From contig CM097883.1 in NCBI GenBank assembly GCA_044892505.1, positions 226,052,001 to 226,116,000 on the forward strand: 64,000 nt of DNA, in the 5' to 3' direction. Shown piece by piece: positions 51,895 through 62,588 of this stretch. How positions within the stretch are numbered: the first letter of the stretch is position 1; every line of letters starts with the position of its first letter. This stretch comes from Schmidtea nova. Lineage: Eukaryota. Below the pieces are notes generated by a model. The model ran no database searches. It was not told the DNA's origin and worked only from the letters and a program-made list of their open reading frames with translations. The translations under genes were made by a program, and so were the position numbers.

Positions 51895-52328
51895 CCTGCT
51901 GGACTTTCCAGTCAGCGCCTTTAATCTCACCTTTTAATCTCAAACTTTGTTTCTCTCGACTTCACTCATTGTCTCATTAGCCTTCTGGGTTTTCCAATCA
52001 GCGCTTTTAATCTCACCTTTTTATTCTGCTTCGTTATTCTCGACCTCAACTGTCGTCTCGTTAGCCTGCTGAGTTTTTCAGTCAACGTCGATTTTCAATC
52101 TCTCTTTGCTCCGATGATCATCACTTTTGACCTGCTGGTTTTTCCAGTCAGCGTCTTCAATTTCGCCACTTCTCCTCTTATTATCTACTTTTATTCTCTC
52201 TAACTTTCGATGATCGTTATCTTTGACCTGCTGGGTTTTCCAGTCAGCGTCTTTTTACCACTCTACTTGTCTTGACAAACCGGTTTTATTTTATCAAATC
52301 TCATGGTCTGCTGGGTTTTCCAGTCAGT
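51895..52328. repeat. Six spaced copies (~80-bp period) of cctgctgggttttccagtcagc
   Basis: Copies at ~51895, 51981, 52064, 52131, 52227, 52307. Confidence 0.85.
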
Positions 52329-52640
52329 ACCCACTCTTATTCACTTTCCCTCATTAATTCCACACTGTATGCATACTTTAATACTACTAGGCCACGTAAT
52401 CAGCTTTACTCGCATTATCAATTCAGTGGTGCGTACCTTTAAATTCCTCATTATCACCTCGGTTTCTTTCAACCGTTATTCATCACTATTATTCACTATT
52501 CATTTCTACTATTCATTATTCATCTTCATTATCAATTATTCCTCTCTACTATCCGGATAGTTTTTATGCTTCATTTACTTTTCATTTGCCTCACTTCGCT
52601 GTCTTTCTCGTGAGCTTTCACTCAATATCCTATTTCGAAC

Positions 52641-52793
52641 GAGAACTATGCTCACAAATGAGAACTATGCTCACTGACGAGAACAATGCTCACTACGAGA
52701 ACTATGCTCACTACGAGAACTATGCTCACTACGAGAACTATGCTCACTACGAGAACTATGCTCACTACGAGAACTATGCTCACTACGAGAACT
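52641..52793. repeat. 18-bp tandem repeat gagaactatgctcactac (~8.5 copies); 64-bp repeat x2 at 52861-52970
   Basis: Seen directly. Confidence 0.92.
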
Positions 52794-53169
52794 CGAAATT
52801 TCATCTCTACTGTGGATGCTTATGCTTCTTTGGAGAATCTATTATCGCGTCTCGTTAAGTCCTATATTTCAAGAACTATGGGCAAATCCTTTCTTTCAAG
52901 GACCCCTCTATTATTTCACTGGGTCCTATATTTCAAGAACTATGGGCAAATTCTTTCTTTCAAGGACCCCTGTATTGAATTCTCTATTTCAAGGAACTCA
53001 TTTAGCCTCAAGTTTTCCCTTCTACTCGGCTTATCTATTACAACTTCTATGTTCTATTATCGATTCGTCAAATTCTCTACTTGATTTTACTTTGTGCGAG
53101 CTGACTACGTGCCTTTCATCATTTACCACCTTACTCCATTCGTTTGTTCATTTCCTTGCTCTCTATCCT

Positions 53170-53340
53170 TACTGATCAGTTTATCATCTTATTTTATATT
53201 TTCCTGTGCGCGCCTAAGCCTCATTGGGTTGTACCTACCTTCCACCCCAACCAAAACAATTAAAAAGTTCGCATTGGTCCACTAATGCGGGATGTGGTGA
53301 TCAGTCACATCACAAAAGCTTTCCAATATCCGCGATTGGC
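53170..53340 (-). promoter_or_regulatory. Candidate Pol II promoter upstream of gag
   Basis: Minus strand: GCCAAT at ~53340, TATAAAA at 53198-53192, Inr-like TCAGT 25 nt downstream. Confidence 0.45.
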
Positions 53341-53501
53341 CCCTTTCTACACATCTCGGGTAAGTTGATCAGTTGGTTCCCCCAACGGGTGCTTAACGGA
53401 TTACTCGTGAGTAGCTCATAATTATTTATGTCATTTATACCATATTATCATTAAACTCTCATGATTATGCACAAATGCACTTGTTCGAAACTTTATTTCT
53501 A

Positions 53502-53990
53502 TTACAAGTACACTGTTATTCTTTCAGAAACGGGAAGGTTGCACATAGGACATCGTTCATTGATTTTACATTCACAACAAAATCGAAAATGCCCACACGG
53601 CAGTAACATTATTTGTATTGTGTTCATTTCACATATGTAACACGTCAGATATTGTCTTGTATATTCTGTTGTTATTCTCATCCACTCGTCATATTTCGTT
53701 GTTAGTTGTTGCTCTAGCCTGTGGCACTCGATGTTCATTGCAGGGTTGTTTAATCGTTCCCTCTACCATTTATATCGTGTTGCTGTATCAATCGTGTTCT
53801 TATTCTCACTTATGCTCATCATCATTTCGGCTCTTTCTGTGTTGTTTGTCGGTTCATGGTATTCTATTGCCTCGAGTCGTCATAGCTTTCCCATTATCGT
53901 TTCCACTGTTTCGTCGTTTGTCTCGAAAAACATTTGCATTTCTTTTATTTTGTTCTCCATCTCCTGAATGAATTTCTATTTTTTTCACTG
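53502..53990 (-). pseudogene. IAP-type C-terminal RING gene, ~160 aa, two in-frame stops
   Basis: LTCYICEMNTIQIMLLPCGHFRFCCECKINERCPMCNLPVSERITVYL; frame extends upstream through TAG and TGA; AATAAA right after the stop. Confidence 0.8.
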
Positions 53991-54863
53991 TCAATTTCTA
54001 TCTGTTATTTATTATTTTTATTCTCGAGTTCTATGGTAGCCCTACTGTTCAACTTTTGTTGTTCTGTTTGTCGCGTCGTGTTCTTATATATCCCCCCGTG
54101 TATTTGAATGTCGCCCCGACATGTATATTATTTGTTTCATACGCTCATGTAACTTTCATCATACTTTTCATCATACTTTCCCATTCTATCATGCATACTT
54201 TTCATTACCCCTTCATACTGTTATCCCACATACTATTTCTCATGCTTTCATTCATTATCATACTTTCACCCCATTATCATTCATACTTTCATTCTCGTGC
54301 ATCCTTTTGTCATGTTCATCAATCTCATTGTTTTAAAACACATTGTTTTATTTATTATTTTACTACCCAATTCATTTTTGCCTCTGGACCATTTTATTAT
54401 TCAATTTGTTATTATTCAATTCGTTTTTTCCCACAAAATCAATTTCATACCGACTGAGCCCCCAAATTTATACTGGTTTGTTGGTCAGGTTTTACAACAG
54501 AGGTTATACTTGATTTTATTGGCTAGGGTAACCTCGCCAACATTAACTCTTTCCCACGCTGATACCCATGATGTATCCCTAACTACTCATCATGTTGGAA
54601 CTGTATCAACTTGTGAAATGGTAAGGCAGGTGAGCAACCTTGCAGCTACTATTCCCTTACTTATTCATGGGTCCACCACTACCGTTAGAAGGTTTGTGTG
54701 GTTTTATTCCGGTCTAATCTTATTTATTCACGTCTAGGGTGTATTTACTTTCCTTATATCTTTTGGCTGTAAAATGAATTGGTTTTATTCAACCATTCCA
54801 TTTATTTAAACTCACATTTATTCCTCATTCATTCGTAAGACCTCAAGTTACACACAAAAACAT

Positions 54864-55424
54864 TTATTCGATTAATAACACTTCAGGATTCATCACATCC
54901 AATAATTGTCTTTCGGTTAAGCCGCTTAAAAAGTCGACTTCGATCCCCAGCTTCTCGGCATAGGCTCGCCTTTCCCGACGCCTATTGGCAACCAATCGAT
55001 TTCTCCTTTTGGTGCGCTTAGATCCTTCTGATCTCTGCATGCTTTCCGGAGCGTCTGAACTCGGACTTAAATTCATATCTGTCTGCACGCCCATCGAGAC
55101 GCTAGTAGACTGTACCCATCGATCGAAGGTGCTGGTTCGTATGAGCGGTCGTAATTGTTGCTCAATGAACTCCTTAGTCGATGCCCCCAAGTAATTCATC
55201 AATTCTAATTTGACGACTGCTGTCTCTCGTGCCTGCTCGTCCGCTGTTCTTTCAGCACGATATCTGGTCTGTTGGATGCTCTTTACTCGTTCCGGGTGAA
55301 ACCAAGTCGTCTTTACCAACTGGTACTCGGCATCCAACTGCCTTAACCGACCTTCGAGGGCCTTGACTCGTTTCCGAGATTCCTTTGCTACCTTCCGGTA
55401 GTCTCGATTTGCCACTCCGTGCAT
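54864..55424 (-). CDS. Intact 186-aa accessory ORF B (coiled coil, basic NLS-like tract)
   Basis: ATG preceded directly by acceptor cttttcctttag; stop overlaps AATAAA; GC-richer than flanks. Confidence 0.65.
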   Translation of the reverse strand: MHGVANRDYRKVAKESRKRVKALEGRLRQLDAEYQLVKTTWFHPERVKSIQQTRYRAERTADEQARETAVVKLELMNYLGASTKEFIEQQLRPLIRTSTFDRWVQSTSVSMGVQTDMNLSPSSDAPESMQRSEGSKRTKRRNRLVANRRRERRAYAEKLGIEVDFLSGLTERQLLDVMNPEVLLIE

Positions 55425-55661
55425 CTAAAGGAAAAGTATGGGGAATTATTACGTTATCGGTCACGCAGATCTCGTGGGTTCCCTCCTTTTTGTACTATTC
55501 GACTCTTTAGTTACCCCTTGTTACAGTCTACACCAAGTTTATCAATTAAACTACTTCTAGTACGTCATTTTCACCACATGCATTCAAACCAAAGAGCATT
55601 TAACACATCATTTATTTATTAGCTATGACACACAAAATTTTCATTTCTGGTTCGACAGTTT

Positions 55662-56226
55662 CTAGAAGAAATCCACTAGATCTTGATCGCAAATTCTATC
55701 ACCCAATCTTTTTCCGTCTGTTTGATAGATTTCCGGACACGGGTCCCAGCATAGGTCGTCCTGAAGGGTAAACACCTCCCATAATTGGCTTCCATCTCCT
55801 CCCTGACGTAGATTCTTATCTCGGTTTCTTGGGGGCATTGGAGTACGGTTGGAATTCACCGGTACGGATGCATCTAGGTTGATCTAGTAGAAAGTAACCC
55901 AACTGCCGGAATTCCTGGCCAAGCATGGTGTTGAACGAGAGTATCCACGGTGACGTAGCCTGCTCATTTTCGAATTGGATGAACCACCTGGCAGGTCTCT
56001 TTGTCGCAGCATCCTGAGGCACTGGCCACGATGGGTCTCCCTCCCATCGTATTCGGAGCTTGAAGGAAAGTGTGGCTACCCGCGCCGCGGCATCCACTTG
56101 ATGGCGCATCCACGCCCGTAGATGGAGTTCAGCGGACTTCTTGACCCATCCGGGAGTCGAATTTGAGTTGATAAATGTCGGCTCCTTGGCATGACGGCGT
56201 TGTTGGTATACTCTCCTTCTCGTCAT
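55662..56226 (-). CDS. Accessory ORF A, unknown, probably one gene split by a frameshift (56226-55816 and 55859-55662)
   Basis: ATG preceded by ttattcag/aca; upstream donor ccag/gtaata at 56350; AATAAA at ~55620. Confidence 0.5.
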
Positions 56227-57299
56227 TGTCTGAATAAGATAGTCAAAGTTGTTCGGTTATTCTTTAGATTGCCAATCACACATTCACTCATCATTCACCT
56301 CACATCATAACACAATATTAATTTCATTTTCAAACCACAACAAATATTACCTGGACGTCATTTCTCTTGGTGCTGGTCATTTTTGTCATTCAACTATTCT
56401 AATCTAATGAGTGACCATATTTTATTGACTACGGACCTACTCATACTCACGCATTCCAAATCAGCGTTGGCACAGCGTATCTCATCATACTCCAGACTAT
56501 TATTACTACACCTGATCGCACTCATTCATTCAACTGTTATTGATCTATATTGCTTAAAATTTTACTTCTGTCTCACATTCACTGGTTTCTCATTCATACA
56601 AATGTGTCAGGCATTCTCTCTCGGGGCAGCGAGAGTGGCGAAAAATGATTTCTTGTTGCGTTGTAGGGGAACAGTCGGAAATAGAACTCTCATGGGGTGT
56701 TTTGGGTTAGTGCTTCTCGATTAGTGATTTCTTCCTAGTGCTACGTGTGACTAGCAAGGTTGCGCGAAATCAGCCCATAACGGTACCCTCTTTATCGTTT
56801 ACTTCTGTACCTGGTTTAACTCCTTCATGTGGCACTCAACTGGTCATTACGAGGTCTCAATTTTATCACCTTGCCGTTCCGGTTGTCATTACAGGTTCCC
56901 CTTGAGTCTTCATCATCATTACGAATTGTTTTTACTCTGGTAGTAGCTATCCTACCCTCAAAATTATTTGTGCCGCACAATTTGCCGATCATAATATTGA
57001 ACTCGTCCATTCATGTGAATCCCTCCCCCAAACTGATTTTAGTAAACCTATTAGCTCGCCGCATCAGCCCTCACATGAAAATGTGTTGCGCTGAGAGGCC
57101 CGAGAATCCCGTCAGATCGAATGACCTTCGGGACAAACATAATGGATTTTGATCATGAGGGTTTACAATAAATGAAAAATTCTAAATCAACGTACCTTTT
57201 ATTTTCCTCGAACTGTTCAATTTACAGTGATTCGCTAACGATCGTTATAGAGAAAAATGACTCTTAGTGAGAAATTTTACTCTCGGTAAAAATGACATG

Positions 57300-57353
57300 A
57301 CTACTGATTTTGACTGCTGCTTATATAGTAATTTGTGTTGCCGGCCAGCCAAT
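57300..57353 (-). promoter_or_regulatory. Candidate LTR-type promoter
   Basis: CCAAT 57349-57353; minus-strand TATATAAG 57327-57320; Inr-like TCAGT ~57305; AATAAA ~57200. Confidence 0.5.
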
Positions 57354-58019
57354 CAGAATTTAGTGTGCATGCAGATATTGTGTGTATTTCATTTTTAACG
57401 TTTGTCGGTACTTGCTTCATCCAGTGAGTTTTCTGTTTAATCAACCGTGACTTTATTTTATTAATTTATTTTATTTTGTAGATTTGTGCTGGTTGATCCG
57501 CCTACTCGTTGTCAATTTTGAGTAGCTAGTTTTTCTGTGACTTCCATCGTTCCGCATGCGTAAGTTTTTGTGATCGATATTTTATTTAATCTATTGTTAA
57601 TCCTTTCAGGTTTTGTTGTACACCTGTCAAAATGCCGACTATTTGGTTATTGATTTGATTATTTCTTGTTATTTATTTGTATTTATTTAATTTTATTTAT
57701 AGTTCATTTCAGATTTGCTTGGCCCAACACACTATTTGATTGAGACTTTGAATTTTACTAACATCAAATCTCTGAATATTTAAGAGACACATTCTGAGAT
57801 ATTTTCGAGAAAGCGTCTTGAACTTAAGTAGTGTAATGTGTCACATCTGGACCACTTACCTCCCTTTTTCCCTCAGAACTTACGATCGAATGACTAGTGT
57901 GTGTAAACTAGATTTGGTGGGAATTAAGTGTGTGTACATGAACTTTCGCGGGAATATATTATATGTGTAAATTAACATTAGTTTGACTTTTAAGTGTGTG
58001 TAGACAAATTTTGACGAAA

Positions 58020-58600
58020 ATGAAAGAGAGTGATCATCAGCTTCGGAAGCGGAGAATCGGGACATATCAGAAGAGAATGTTCACATATAAGACGCAGGAG
58101 ATTCAATAGAAATGACCATAAAGAAGCTGAGTGTTACACAAATTTAAAACGAAGAGAAACAAGATGTAGAATAAGGAGGAATGAATAGAGAATCAAGGGG
58201 GACCAGGGAGAATATCGAGGAGTTTCCAGAAAATGGAGAGTTTGAAGATCGAATGGTCCAACAAGAAGAACATCAATTACAACAATAAACGAAGAATACA
58301 AAAGAAAGCAACGATGCTATGAACGAATGGCCACCACAACCCAGTTATCCTTAGGGTAACAAGAAAGAAATTGGCAATCTCATACCACAAATCATGAAAG
58401 AAATAGGAATTATCTTATCAAGCATTATTAAATCCAAATTTGAAGAAAAATTTTTCTGAATTAAATTAAAAATTTGAAACCAATCAAATATTAGAAAAAT
58501 GAATTAAATTCAAAATCTGTCTCAATGATCAACATCAATCACAATGTCAAATCATCGAATGATCCAACAAGAAGAACATCAATTAAAACAAATTGTAGAA
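58020..58600 (+). pseudogene. Degenerate purine-rich coding remnant, possibly another retroelement gag
   Basis: E/Q/N-rich broken frames with a duplicated RMxQQEEHQL segment; many stops. Confidence 0.3.
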
Positions 58601-59031
58601 AGTAAGTATTATGTGAATTAAAGAAAATGTTTTATTTAAAAAATTTTTGAAAAATTAATTATATTGATTAATAAGTTTTTTTTCATTTTTCTGAATAAAA
58701 ACTATTAGTAAATATTTCAATATCGTCTTGATAACAAGTCTTTGAAAAGAATTGGATTTTCCCAGTCTCGGGCTTCTTCTAGAAAAATATTAATTAAAAT
58801 TAATCTTTTCTAAATTTTTTAAATAAAAATATTAATCATAGTTAATGGTTCTAGATATATTATTAATAAAAATAAAATAAAGTGATTAGATTAAATATTC
58901 AATTTTATAAATTTCTTTTATTTTTTAAATTAATTAATTTAATTTAAGTAATTATTAAATGGAGCAAAAGAATTAATGGTCGTTGTTTTAAAATTCACAT
59001 TTTTCATATTCACGCTGATCACACAAACAAA

Positions 59032-59619
59032 ATGCAAGCAACTTCAAACCATTCGATGTCTTCAGTCAACAGCTCAATTTACATTGACCGATTTTTCATG
59101 ATTGAGAATTCACAACATTTTATCCAAAATCTACACAATTACTCATTTTTACTGAACAACGACAATATCAATATTGAAACGTCAAAACGAAAGTCTGAAC
59201 CCGACTGCAAAGTTTATAGCAACAAATGCCGTGTTCAACACCATGAATGCATAAGTTTTTATTGTTTATTTGACATTCAAAGAAGAAGCAATTGTCAGTT
59301 CTCTAAATTTCAAAAATGTTTCAATGTCGAAATTCAAAAAGAACCTGTACAAACAGAGATGTGTTTATCAATCAAGGGACCTTTTATGAACCTCTATTCG
59401 GACCCATCTGAGATGCCTAACTTCACAACGCTATCAATCAATTCTCTGGATCACAATCAGTCTATATCAATGCATCATTTATCTGCACAGGAAATCAATC
59501 TATACAGACAATCACAGAGTTTGTACAGATCAACTCTCGATATCATTGGTCCAAATTCCCGTCTACTAAAAGATGAATTATCTTTTAATACTCAATATAT
59601 ATTAAATAAATCGAATTGA
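59032..59619 (+). CDS. 195-aa intronless ORF resembling a degenerate NR4A-like nuclear receptor fragment
   Basis: QRRSNCQFSKFQKCFNVEIQKEPVQTE resembles NR4A [27 protein letters not shown]; several Zn-ligand Cys absent. Confidence 0.5.
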   Translation: MQATSNHSMSSVNSSIYIDRFFMIENSQHFIQNLHNYSFLLNNDNINIETSKRKSEPDCKVYSNKCRVQHHECISFYCLFDIQRRSNCQFSKFQKCFNVEIQKEPVQTEMCLSIKGPFMNLYSDPSEMPNFTTLSINSLDHNQSISMHHLSAQEINLYRQSQSLYRSTLDIIGPNSRLLKDELSFNTQYILNKSN

Positions 59620-60208
59620 CTTTTAGTATTCCTACAGTGATAATAATCATTCTAAAAAAAGATTATTTAATATAATTTTTTTAATTTAATTTATTCAACA
59701 AAAATTTATTTATCTACTGTTTACAAAAATGAAACTTAAAAAGCTCAACGGGTAAGAAGATTAAAAAGCAAAATACAGTATTTATATACAGCAAAGACAC
59801 ATGAAGTGAAGGTTTACTAGTAACCTCGAAACAAACATAAGAAAAATCTAAAATTGCTATCATTTATTAAAATGAATTTTGAAATTTATTGTGAATACTT
59901 GAGAAAAAAGCCTAACCTATCTTACAGTTATTGTAAGTGGAACAAACTAATTAGTGGTAAAAGTCAAGTATTAATTTATATACGAAAAAAATTGGAAAAA
60001 AATCACAAGACGATTTTAATAGCAGCAAAAGGTTTCACTTATACCCTTATCCACCTACAATTATAACTGTTTATCAAATTTACCAATCACTTTTAGTGAC
60101 ATATAATGGGGTGTTTTCACCATTCGATGATAACATTGACTTAATGCAAAAAACGTTTTGGTGAACACATGAGTTTCTAATTTTTATTTTGTACAGGATC
60201 TGACAAAT

Positions 60209-60287
<79 letters not shown>

Positions 60288-60876
60288 CCTGTTCATGAAA
60301 ACAAGGTATTGTTATGGTTGATATCAAATGATAGAAATAAAAGCGCGGAAAACCAAAAACATCAAAAATAATTAAAGTACAAAAATTAATTAAAATTTTA
60401 GAAAAATTAAAAAATTTATATTTCCCCGAGAAAACAGGTATGGTTAAACGCCAAATTTAGAGACAAACCTAAATAGGATAAAAATAATTTAACGATAGTT
60501 CCCTAGAGAAAGATTTAAGGAAATGTAAATTAATTAATCCCTTTATGGAAAACGAGAGCCAGTGTGATGCCCGAGCTAATGGGAAGCCTTAGCAGTATGG
60601 GAAACCTGAGATGTGTAGAGTGCCGAGCTTGTATGGAAAGCTCGGGTGATCAGTAAACAATTATTTTCATTTAGGGTAAATTATCCAAGAGCTGGCATGA
60701 TCAAATCGTCTGTTTGGAAGGCAATTACTCTGGAATTTTGGAACTAATTGTCAAAATAGTAATCAAAATATTTTAACAGAGATGGAATAAAAAGGAGAGC
60801 TGACGAAAGACAAGAACAAAATAAGGACGAAGGAAAAACCTGCAAATAAAGGAAAAGAAAAGTGAAAATAAAGTGA

Positions 60877-61105
60877 CCGTTTGTGATTTGTTTTGAGAGT
60901 CAACAAATTTGTTCTAGAATCAAATTGCTGGTACAGAGCTTCTTTCAACATTAGTTTGATTACATATATTAAAACATTACTACTGTTGGGTTATTATTTA
61001 ATAAGTTTGTTAATCTCTGACTTCTCGTGCCCTTTCATTATAAATCAAATAAACGAAACCCAACACAGAACAAATTTACTGACTCTCAAAACAAATCACA
61101 AACGG
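60877..61105. repeat. 39-bp inverted repeat pair, ~150-bp spacer (MITE-like)
   Basis: ccgtttgtgatttgttttgagagtcaacaaatttgttct versus the reverse complement of 61067-61105: 37/39 identical. Confidence 0.8.
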
Positions 61106-61455
61106 CTTCCATAATGAAATTTCACTTCTTGTTTGAAATTTGCATTTGAAGTTTGACACTACGTGAAAACAGTGAAATAATAGTCTCCGTTATCATAAAG
61201 GTTGATAAAACTGTTGCTATTAAACTTAACGCAATTGTGCAGAGGAGAAATTCTTAATATATTATAACATAATAAACGATCCAGCAGAGACAAAAATCAC
61301 AAATTGGCATGCCAAAACGATGACATCCGTCAAGAAGTTAGTGACGCACCTTAATTTAATAGGTTAAAGAAAAAATTTGGTTATCATGATGGTTATTTTG
61401 ATTTGATTTGATTATTACTTATGTCTATAAATAATAAAATATAAAAACAACTCAC

Positions 61456-61869
61456 CGTCAACTTTCCATTTAGAAATAGGAATTTTGTCATCCGGATCAC
61501 GCTTGCTAATCCTCCAGTAACCTCTCAACCAAAAGCAACGAACAATTTGCCCGTCATATGTTTCCTTCTCTTTTTGCGTTAAATACTTGATCTTGGAAAA
61601 TGGTTCAAAAGTTCCATATGCATACAACAAACCAATCCATTTTTCAGCGCGTCTATTTGTGCAAATTTGATTTTAATTTTGGGCAAAAAATATAAATAAA
61701 TAAACTTATCAAAAACCGCTTTCAGTTTAAATTTGATATATCTGGCCCAGGTGGGTATCCAGATATAAATGTATGCTCTGCCGAGAAAATTGTATGAAAT
61801 ATCTCTATATGGATAAAATATTAATCCGGTCATTTCGTGTGGAACAGTTTTCCTGAGTCGATTCCAAGT
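61456..61869 (-). CDS. Two exons (61869-61706, 61652-61456) of a divergent mRNA capping enzyme guanylyltransferase homolog; possible upstream exon ~62630-62790
   Basis: VPHEMTGLIFYP..IWIP..IKFKLK / WIGLLY..PFSKIK..YDGQIVRC..W..DKIP parallels metazoan RNGTT SHEMDGLIFQP..KWKP..DFRLK / VGLLYV..PFAQIK..YDNKIIEC..W..DKSFP; 53-nt GT-AG intron restores the frame. Confidence 0.7.
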
Positions 61870-62129
61870 CTGTAAGAATCCCAAAATTAAAATTGTCAAA
61901 AAATTTCTACATTATAAAATTTTATCTTTATGATCAAGTTTTCTTCATTCACAAGTGAAAATATAGAAAAGAAGATAAAATTTGTGGATCAAATAATTTA
62001 TGCCTAGTACACATTCAAGGCAGAAGTAATTCTAAAAAGTATAATGGCATAAAAAATTCGAAAAAAAGATTGATAGAAACTACGAATAAATATAGAACCT
62101 TTAACAAATTATGTACATAAAGGTTAGTG

Positions 62130-62184
<55 letters not shown>

Positions 62185-62242
62185 TTGTTGTCGGAGGTGC
62201 GTTAAGATAAATGCAGTTTCTTTATATTTGTAATTATTAAAG

Positions 62243-62588
62243 CAGCATTTCCCAAAGTTTTTTCACCGCAGCACCCTTTTTGATTTCAAATTTTTGACGG
62301 AACCCTATTTACAAAAATCAAATGCAAATGTTGCCAGGTCTAGTTTTTATATAGTGAATGAAATGGAATTGGCACATATGAAATAGAATGGAAATGCATT
62401 TTTGAAGTCAATATCAATGGAATTGAAAAAGAATTTTAAATTGGATCGAATAAAATCGAGAATTATTTATTAATCTTTATTTATAAATCTTTTTTTTATA
62501 AATTATTTATTTACAAAAAGTTTGCAGAACCTCTGCTATCAGTCCACGAAACCCCAGGATTCCGCGGAACACACTTTGGGAAACTCTG
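62243..62588. mobile_element. hAT (Charlie-like) MITE, 346 bp
   Basis: TIR cagcatttcccaaagt / actttgggaaactctg; perfect 8-bp TSD tattaaag. Confidence 0.9.

Larger units (their letters stand above)
34115..57845 (-). mobile_element. Giant env-bearing Ty3/Gypsy-type LTR retroelement with cargo genes, decayed, 3' end lost
   Basis: gag, PR-RT-RH-IN, fusogen and cargo on one strand with uniform purine-rich coding composition 34.1-51.5 kb. The 57845 boundary (minus-strand TGTGACAC) is tentative: no second LTR, PBS or TSD found. Confidence 0.88.

Noticed and set aside
52586-53175. ORFs with ENYAHY or MLTTRT repeats
   Set aside because: Produced by the 18-bp tandem repeat, which has no stop in those frames
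57011-57035. Primer-binding site candidate (minus strand CA-gtt-TGGGGGAGGG); others near 53253 and 53383
   Set aside because: Geometry fits but I cannot match more than ~6 nt to a tRNA 3' end, so the PBS and LTR end remain undefined
57846-57880. Polypurine tract (minus strand GAGGGAAAAAGGGAGG), implying an upstream tandem element sharing the LTR
   Set aside because: It lies ~13 nt from the putative LTR start rather than abutting it, and no minus-strand internal sequence follows
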